A stretch of DNA of 57,950 bases, filler included, from Sphacelaria rigidula (lineage: Eukaryota): NCBI GenBank assembly GCA_964200075.2. It is 7 parts of 7 records of this genome, joined end to end, with 100 filler letters (N's around TTAATTAATTAA, not from the genome) between each part and the next. Parts side by side here need not be neighbours in the genome. Positions count along the whole stretch, not along the records: positions 41,467 to 49,658 come from CAXNAA020011965.1; positions 49,759 to 57,950 come from CAXNAA020011966.1; 5 more parts are not named here. One strand, given 5' to 3'. Within the stretch, counting starts at the first letter, position 1, and every line of letters begins with the position of its first letter. Below the pieces are notes generated by a model. That model saw only the letters and a list, made by a program, of their open reading frames with translations, did no database searches and was not told where the DNA came from. Below are positions 49,525 to 57,950 of this stretch, one piece after another. The position numbers were made by a program, and so were the translations under genes.

Positions 49525-49758
49525 ATAAGCAGGCAATACCCGCAACGTGATGGATATATATTTGAGAAACAGTGTGGGAGATATCCCTTTACAGTGACAT
49601 ATCAGAGACTGATGTCACACATGTATGCAGACCCAGCGCAAGCAGGGACAAGTTAGGANNNNNNNNNNNNNNNNNNNNNNNNNNNNNNNNNNNNNNNNNN
49701 NNTTAATTAATTAANNNNNNNNNNNNNNNNNNNNNNNNNNNNNNNNNNNNNNNNNNNN

Positions 49759-52330
49759 GGAAAACTCAGAAAAAAGGACGACTACGAATTCTGAAAACTT
49801 CTGACGCTGAGTACTGTAGAAGACAATGGACGGTCTGGTGTGTCCGAATCAGATAAACCCAAAATGCGACCCGAATCATCGGTCAACTTAGGTATCACTT
49901 GCCTGGGTGTCGCCGAACCCGAGGGGGGCAGGTCTGTGCTAGACCGGTTCCAGCCTGGCGCGAAAGACCCGGAAAAATTGCCTCCTGTTTTCTTCCGGGT
50001 CGAGCCGCGGTCATTGTGGACCGGGCGGTTCGGTCCGGAACCGCCCGAGGAGGATCCTCCACCACCATGGCGGCGGCGTGGGCCTCCTCCACCGTTGTCA
50101 TCATCATCCCGCCGGTGGTTCTCCTTCTTGCCTCTGCAGTTGGCACTCGTGGGAGTCCAACCATCGTCATCCTGGTCATCGTCGGCGATGATGGCGCCGG
50201 GATCAGAGGGGTAAGCGGCACGTAGCGCCGCAAAACGATCGGTGACAGTTTCGACGTAATGATTGTGATCAGGGCTGTCGCCGATGGCCATGTGCAGAAC
50301 AAGTTGGCCCAGGGTGAGGGACGGTACGCTGTTGTCGGGGAAGAATCTGCCCTGGTCCACATAAAGACCACTAACGTGGTGAAGACGTTGCGACATCAAC
50401 TTGCAGGCTTGGCAGCAGCAACGTAGGTGATTGGTCCGGAGGAACGGGCCGGTGTAATCGGCCGTGGAACGAGAAAGCCACGTTCATTCGTGGGGCGTGA
50501 GTTGCAGACCTGGTGTCGGGCCGGCATTGGCTGCCGAGCCAGCTGCTCGAAGCGGGGGTGTTGGGTCCGTCTTGGGGACGACAGCGGCCGCAGCATAAGA
50601 CGGTTGGTCGGACTTACGTGGAAAAGTGTAAGTCGACGTACCGGTCTTGGGCTGGGTCTTGTGAGCCGAAGGCTGGTGAGAAGGGCAACCACTGAGCGGG
50701 TTGCCGGCGGACGGCGGAGAGGCCTGATGGGTGGCCAGGCGGGACACCGACGTGGCCGCTTCGTGAGCGGTCTGGAGGACATGGTCCTCGAGGTCCCGCA
50801 CTCGTCTCTGGACCGCCATGGCAGCAGTGCGACCCTCTTACAGGGCGCGTTGAGCAGCGGAGTTCGTAGTTTGAGCGCGTGAAGCCTGTCGCTGAAGACC
50901 TCTTTGCATGTCAGCATGTTCCTTCGCCAGGAGGCGTGCAGCAGCGGCGTCAGCCTCAGGTTGTTGCTCGATGATGTCCTTGGCAAGCGCTGGCGCTTGT
51001 GAGGCGTAATCCTCGATGAACATTAGCTGTTCCGCGCGGGGGCGGTTCCCGAACAGCCTCAAGAGGAGGCCAGTTGGGCAGTGCTCGTCGCCGAGCGGAG
51101 GAAGATCCTCCACAAACGGGGGCGAGGGCACGGGTGCATCCGTGACAGGACCAGAGGTTGGGCCACTATCAGCGTCAGTATCGACGGCAGAGGGGCGGCA
51201 ACGGTTGTGGGAGCCGTGGCTGTAGTCGTCGTGGCGGGAGGCGCAGCGGCCATGGCAGCAGCGGCGGCAGCGGCAGTGGTGGCGGCAGCGGCGGTAACTC
51301 CGTTATTTTCCATAGTCGTCTTGGCGGCAGCGGCGGTGGTTACTCCCTTGTTTTCCATTCTTGACTTGGTCAGTTCTCGCTCGAGACCTGTCAGTAGTTG
51401 TTGTTGGAGGAAGCGAATAATCGCAGCATCAGAGCGAGACGGGGGGTCGCGGTCATTGCGGGGTCGTCGGTTGTGCGATGAATTACAGCTGGGTCCCTCA
51501 GTTGAGGATTCGAGAGCCGGTGACATGTCCGACAATATATTCTGGATGTCATCAGCATGTACAGAATTATCATTGCATAAATGACGGCGGCGTAACTGAG
51601 GCGGAGCAGGAGGGATGCGCGCGGTTGTATGATCAGTGTTCTTCGAGCGCGAGTGAATGCGCTATGAACTTGATCTGTGCCGCGAATTATCCTCGTGCGT
51701 ACGGTCACGATCGGCATTCATCGGGCGCTTCAGAGAGTGCGATGAATTGGAACTGTTGCGTGAACTACCTTCATATGTGCGGCCATGAGCGACATTCTTC
51801 GGGCGTGTGAAAACGCGCGATGGCGTCAAGCTGTGCTGGGAGTTGTTGTTGGAACCACCAGCACGGGTGGCGTGGTCGTGACCAACTGTCGACACCAAAT
51901 GTAATGGGGTTACGGTGCTGTTATGGCAAGCCCAGGCTCACTGGGAAAGCAAGGGGGTCAGTCCTCAAGACTGAACGGCCAGGCCGAACAACAAGGCACC
52001 GTCTCACACAGGACGTGTTTAGGTAAACTAGTATCTCACGCGCAAGTTATATCTCCTTCCTTATTGCCTGGTCTCGACCTTCCAGTATCCACTCAATCAA
52101 TCCAATCTCACGCTCAGTATATCAGTCTCACCAGTGTTAGACTTCTTGCTGAGAGAGGGGGAGTAGATGGTAGTGACAGACGGTGGCCCTCGCTTGCTAA
52201 AGGCACGCTCAAGCCATCATCGTCTCTGCTATATACGAATTCACATTCGTATCTGATCAACTCTGAACAGACCTGTAGTCTTGGGTCTTAGAATATCCTA
52301 ATTGCAAATATAAAGTCGGACTCATCAACA
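49759..52330 (-). mobile_element. 5' part of an LTR retrotransposon (5' LTR, PBS, degenerate first ORF), cut by contig end
   Basis: Minus strand: LTR-like TGTTGATG...CCATTACA (52330-51900), then TT, then PBS TGGTGTCGACAGTTGG. Followed by broken GC-rich ORFs (51059-51535, 50838-51131, 50484-50819, 49782-50399) with coiled-coil and low-complexity content. Second LTR not in the window. Confidence 0.6.
51880..51897 (-). promoter_or_regulatory. Primer-binding site (complementary to a tRNA 3' end, Leu-like ...CUGUCGACACCA)
   Basis: TGG start located 2 nt after the LTR-terminal CA. Confidence 0.6.
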
Positions 52331-52574
52331 GGTCTGAGGCGGCATGATAACAGCCTAATATGCGTCGTTATGACTACGATCCCCTACGTATGCCTTTCAT
52401 CTAACGTGATCACACCACTCCTCCTTGATTCAGCTTGTCTATTATCGTGTATTAGTTTTACTTTTCGTCGCCACTTCTGACGACCCCATCTAAAGTACTC
52501 ATAAATCTGCAAACACACGACGTACGTCGGCGACATGAGTCGCCCTCCCCCGAGCACTGTCACTACTCACCCCT

Positions 52575-53654
52575 CTACTCGGTGCCCTGCCCAGGCTGCC
52601 GATCCCCGCTTCTACGCTTGTCAGCAAGGTCTTCTGACACCAGGCCGTAACTGGCGTCGTTAGCCCAGACGTATGACTTGTATGCGTCCGATTTCCATCT
52701 ACCCTCTTTTTGCAACACCTCTGGAGACATCCCTGCTGCCGACAAATGGGTGACGCCACCAATCTGCAAAGAGTGCAACGCGAAGTCTGCGGGCGAGAGC
52801 CCAGCCAACGCAACCACTTGCCGTAGCGCTTCCCCCGCATCATACCGATTCCACACCACTAATGCCCCGGAGTCCCGCGCATCATACGTCATAAGCGGGG
52901 CCTCAGCGGGGTACGAATCCGAACGAGACATTACTTACGTCATTTGCGCGACTGCCCCACCCCCTACATGAAATGCCAAGGCAGTACCCTCGCGAACGCG
53001 CGTTACTACCATTCCGACTCGTAACTGATCCCCTTTGGGAGCTCGGAATCGTACTTCCACCCGGTCTGCTGTACCCCACTCAGGCCGACGCAACTGCGTT
53101 TGTCCCTCGAAAAAGGCCACACCCCTTCTACGTAAACAGTAAAGTGTGTGATAAGAATGAACAGAATCCGCAAATATCTTGAAAGACCTCGTCAGAAAGA
53201 AAAAGGATGCACACAACCCCAGCCACAGCACGTGGCCACCTGGACCCCATCCAAGCGACAGACGTTCCACGTCCACAAGCACTGACAACGCGACCGAACG
53301 TCTATCTCGCTGCTGTGATCCTATCACAGCGTGACTACGCTTCAATCCAAACAATGCGTTTTTAACTCCCGAGTGCTGAATGTCCACGTCGACAGCCATC
53401 TCCGTTCCATGGAAATATGCCACTGCAGCTAAATGACTTGCCACGGTGTCCGACCGCAACCCTTTCTTTGCACACGCATAACCTATGTACTCAATCCATG
53501 ACCACACGTTATGTATCGTCTCATCACGGTCATTCAAAAACACGAGTCGGTTCATCTCCCGCCGGAACTTGACCCAGAAACCAAAATATCCTTCGTAAGT
53601 TCTCGCAGACGACGGCGCAATGACATTTCGGACGAGCTCGCGGCCAGAATGCAT
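52575..53654 (-). pseudogene. Tyrosine recombinase of the Ngaro/DIRS element (frameshift ~52935)
   Basis: Core-binding domain (IAPSSARTYEGYFGFW..), catalytic R (FFFLTRS), KGDQLRVG, HSLQIGG (HSLR with R>Q) and GRWKSDAYKSY. Confidence 0.93.
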
Positions 53655-55660
53655 GAATACAGATGCCTCCCCTCTGTCCCGATGTCCTGTATATGCTATT
53701 GAACATTGGGACGGCGGGACGAGAGGTTAGCGGGGATACGACGGCTTGGCCATCGCGAAATACCATCAGCAACATCATTCAGAATTCCCGGCACGTGCTT
53801 CGCCTCAAACACCCATACGGATGCTATTTCCAACATGCCAAGCATATGCATCGGAGCGCCCGATCGCGGCTCCTTCCCCCCTCTGCACTTATTAACTCAA
53901 GTCACGACGGCTGCATTTTCTCCACGTAACAGCACGCAAGCAGCGCGATGTCGTGGTCGTCTCCCACCGAAAAAAATATCACCCACGTCGACATGACCAT
54001 ACACAACAGTTCCAGGACATTGATGGAGATATATGTCCTCTTCCGAGTGCACCGTATCACCTTTAAACTGAGACCGTTCCTCATCGAACAAGTCATAGCG
54101 CCACCACAAGCCCGGCTGCAGACAATATCTACCAACCGCAGCACCCGATGAACCCGAAAACAAGGACAGCTTGGGTGGATGCAACACCAATCGGTACACC
54201 GGGGACGATAATACTGCTTCATCCCGAGACAAACCGTCACTAACCAGCCAACACCACACGTCGAAATTTTTGTGAAACTCCGGGCTCAACACCACCACTT
54301 GCGACTTCGTTGCCAGTCTCTTTTAAAAGTCATGCCCCGTCACAACACGGGACGAGGAGGGGCTGCGCACCCCCCGCTGATGCGAGAATGCGGTGTACAA
54401 AAGGCTTCCCCGCACGCAAAACGTAAGAGGCGTGTAGCAGGAAACCGGTCAACGACGAAATGTCTCTCACTGTTGCACACTAGCGATCCCGAGGCCATTG
54501 CAACACCAGCTTTTGCAATTTTGAGGTTCTTGCCTCGGACAGCGAGATCAACAGGGAGTCAGTATTAATCACCCATCGTAGTACTTCCAACCGGGTGTCC
54601 CACGCCGACGTTTTGTTGACGTCTAACAACGGGGGGTCATCCGCCCCCTTCTCACCCAGTAAACGATAATGATCTGATATCAAGGGCCTCGACGCGCACA
54701 AAGATCCCCTGCCGCCAGGAAAATACTGTACTTTCACCAAAATACTGTTGTCAACGTAAATGCACACGAAAAAGAGGTCGTCCACCCCGCCACCAACTCC
54801 CGAAACGGTTTTTCAGTCTGGGGGCATAGTTGCAACGCGTTCCTGTCGGCGTGATGCCATTTCGATAGACCGAGCATCACGACGACCGATATCCGTCACC
54901 GCGTGTGTGAAAAATGATGTATTGTCGTGCGAGTGTTCCAAGGCCGCCGCTAGCACGCCCCCAAAGCCGGGACTGCTGCGCCAACCGAATTACAAACACA
55001 GATCAACGACCGCCATATCACCAAACACGTACCCGAAATAAGCGGCACGTGCTGGGTCCACCAACACCTGGCGAATGCCTCCTTGACATCAAGTTTACTC
55101 AGCACAATGCAGGCCGCGGGGCCAAACTTCTGTCGCAAGAACAAAATCCGCATTAGAACTTTACGCAGCACCCTACCGATGTCACACGGCGGTGCCTGCA
55201 AAAATTCTGTGTCCGCGCACTAACCCTGGTGTGCGGCGCTTGACGAGGGGAAAAAGTGAGATCATGCATGATACGAAATTTAGTGTGCACCACCACCCCA
55301 CGTGGGGAAACACGGAAGAATTTAGTATCGAAGATCCTTCTCAAGACGAATATCAGTACACGATCGTTCATAACCTCGAGGCGCAGCTGTTCATATATAC
55401 GGTCCTGGTGCTCATCCACCCCACTATGGTTCCCATAGTTAATCGCATTACCCAAATCACCCCCGGGTTGGACATCAACGAGTACACCCCGTTCTAGCAC
55501 ATGTACCAACAAAGTGATTTCCAGGAAACCCTTGAGGTCACCAAACCATTGACCAACACCTTGAACGTTTACTTGCCATCCGACCGTTTCTCGCTCTACT
55601 CGGCTAACGAAAACTTCAACATTGCCGTCACACGCGTGCAGCATGGCCGAGCCCATATCT
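53560..55660 (-). pseudogene. Reverse transcriptase + RNase H of the Ngaro/DIRS element
   Basis: SPRGVV..KFRIMHDLTFS, LSKLDVKEAF, IYVDNSIL (YVDD>YVDN). RNase H ISINVLELL, LLRGENAAV, FEAKHVPGILNDVADGISRW. Confidence 0.9.
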
Positions 55661-55951
55661 ACAATGCGGGTAAGATGGTTACCGCCTGCGTCCCAGTCAG
55701 GTTACATAACTGCTCAACCGAATATTTCCACCTCTTACTGCAGCATCAAAAATTGAAATCATCACACACATCCAACATACCAGAATCACAGTTCGCATGG
55801 AACCTGGCACCAGCATATCACTCTCGCATCAGCCTTGCTGCCGTCCAAGAGCGGCGCGTGCCAAGTCCCGCAATCCCATTCTCCTTTGGCACGTACGCAT
55901 TCCGACGCTCCTGTCCTGGGTTGGCCCCGCCTCAAGGTGAGGCCCGTCGCC

Positions 55952-57888
55952 CTAGCCTGACCTTCCTGCATGCGCCGCCGTACCATTGCCACCGCGTGAA
56001 CCCCCGTTCCCACTAGAAACTCCCCCGCCGTCATTGCTACCTTCGGCACTCCGAACTCGCGGCCTCGATGCCTGCGTGGTCGGGAACCGACTGCTGCCGC
56101 TGGTCCCGGGAACAGGGACGCCGGTGTCGGAGGTGCGAGTCCCACTGGACCGGCCGGCACCACTGCCGCCACTACCGGTGGCGGCGGTGGAGTTGCCATC
56201 TTCTCCCGATTGTGGCACGTCGTGGCTGAACCTGCATCTGTCCCCCCACCGACAGTGGCCGTAGTCGAGAAAAACGAAGCACGGCTGGGCCCACCGCACT
56301 CGCTTGGCCGCCGAGTACTCGCCGTCTCCGGCTGCGGTGCCCCAATTCCCTGCACTCCGGTTGTCGGAACCCGATCCACTCCCCCCACCACCCCCAGCGG
56401 TGACGCTTCCTGTTCCCGTCCCTTCCGACGCGTCCACATACCCCGCTCTCACCATTCGCACGGAGTCGCCCCCGGTCGCGATGAACGAACGTAGCTGAGG
56501 AAGGGCGGGAACAGGCGGAGAAGGGAGAACGCCAGCCGACGGTGGCGGCCGACGGTGGAGGAGAACGATTGTTCGCGAACAAGTGCTGCCACCACTGTGC
56601 CAAGGCATCAGATCACTTGCCGAGGTCAGAGTTGATGATGAGGATCGTGGTATCAGTGCCCGTGCGCTGTGTCATCATATCGAAGTGGGCGTTGGTGTAC
56701 GACCGAAGATCGGAGGTCATCTTCGCAAAGGCCGCCGTAGTCGCCCCCACCCGGCCGGCACACATCGCGTCCTCTGCCCCGGATGGCGCTCCCAGATCGG
56801 CATCCAGCAAGCACCCGAAGGCTTTGCCTATCAGACCAAATGGTCCGGCAGGGATATCTTGTCGCTCGAACTAGAACCCGCGGCACTGCGCGGCATGATT
56901 GCTGCAACCTCGAGTGAGGAGAGAGTGCGGGACATGCTCGCCACCTTCGAAGAGACATGTATCATAGCACCCAGGACCCCATGCAACTCAGATGGACTGA
57001 ATGACTGTCGGCCGTTTGCCGGTGAGGAGCCAGCATTTAGGCGACGTGGCGTCTTGCCAAAGTCGCACACGATTCCGTACCTCGTACTTTCGTCGCTGCT
57101 CCACCTCAGCCCAAGCTGCAGCCTGGTTTGCCGCTGGCTGCTGCCACCCCACGGCTGCACGTTGGTTCACGCCCTGCATCCACCCACGGGTCCTGAACCT
57201 GCAAGGTTTGCAGTCTGCAGGTCGGTGTTGTCCCAACGAGCAGCGGGGGGCGCGGGTTGTGCTGCCGTTGAACCAATGTGGAAGGTGTTTGATCCCCAGC
57301 CAGTCTATGCAAATTACCCGCGCTGCTCAGCGCGTACCCCTGGCGTACCTGGCCATAGCACAGGGACACATTGCCAGCGACGGTAGTAAGCGGCCTAGCC
57401 GCCTCTGTACCAGGACCCCTGACCACCGCGTGGGAAACGTTTTTATCATCGGGGCGACTGACGGATACTACGGGTCACGCCCCTGATGAAACTAACTGTT
57501 GGACCACCTCCCTCAACAACTGACGAACCTCGTCTGTAACCGAGGTAATCTTGGACCCCAAACCCTCCACGCTCGTCTGGGTGCCCCCAAGGTTATCGGC
57601 GATGGTGTCCACGCGGTCGCTAATACGGCCCATTTTCTCGGTGATGTTGCCCACCTGGTTGTGCAAAGTGTCGATTTGTTGGATCGTAGCCCGCGGCAAC
57701 CCTACCGCCATCCCACCGTCGAGAGCAAGCCACCCCGACGCAGGTTCGTCAAATTGCGTGTCCCCGCCGTGTGCCGCAGACCTGTTGGATAACGACGTCG
57801 TCTGAGGTGCAGGCGCGGGAGCGGGCGCCGCGGTCTCCTGCTCATCATTGCCCCTCGCCCCCGCCGAAGCTCCTCCTGACGACGACAC
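55952..57888 (-). pseudogene. gag-like ORF of the Ngaro/DIRS element with N-terminal coiled coil and C-terminal CCCH zinc finger
   Basis: Broken ORFs 57475-57888 (heptad-like), 57106-57426, 56831-57160, 56613-56810 and 55952-56608. The last contains CFVFLDYGHCRWGDRCRFSH = C-x8-C-x5-C-x3-H. Confidence 0.75.
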
Positions 57889-57950
57889 TTTCTACGATAG
57901 CCCCCCCCCAAAACCAGTTAAAAGTGTCACGAAAAAAATGGCCATACAGC

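Larger units (their letters stand above)
52420..57888 (-). mobile_element. Degenerate Ngaro/DIRS-type tyrosine-recombinase retrotransposon
   Basis: Order gag - RT - RNase H - tyrosine recombinase (YR), all on the minus strand, with the YR frame overlapping the RNase H end. No methyltransferase domain seen. Many stops and frameshifts. Termini approximate. Confidence 0.92.

Noticed and set aside
55986..57805. Long plus-strand ORFs (e.g. 56583..57386, 267 aa)
   Set aside because: Antisense shadows of the GC-rich gag region of the YR element.

Overview
Eukaryotic, intron-rich, repeat-rich DNA of about 50% GC, most likely a stramenopile (brown-alga-like; inferred from the P0 C-terminus, intron structure and transposon types). 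The window is not one locus. It is seven size-sorted contigs (8194, 8193, 8193, 8193, 8193, 8192, 8192 bp) joined by artificial 100-bp N44-TTAATTAATTAA-N44 linkers, so adjacency across gaps is meaningless. Genes: a complete six-exon 60S acidic ribosomal protein P0 gene (minus strand, 18934-24141, with a GC-AG intron and a 5'UTR intron); the 5' half of an ABCC/MRP transporter (plus strand, ~34434-40467, with a GC-AG intron, a variant Walker A and a long NBD1 insertion); and four internal exons of exocyst subunit Sec5/EXOC2 (41590-42532). Mobile DNA dominates the rest: a degenerate Ngaro/DIRS tyrosine-recombinase retrotransposon with a CCCH zinc finger in gag, the 5' end (LTR+PBS) of an LTR element, Copia, Tc1/mariner and possibly KDZ remnants, tRNA-derived and (CA)n/(CAA)n-tailed retroposons, several fully palindromic MITEs, and a TA-flanked hairpin (foldback) family that forms a ~450-bp-arm palindrome and a ~5.8-kb composite with ~650-bp inverted arms. 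All calls come from reading the sequence by eye; no database searches were run.
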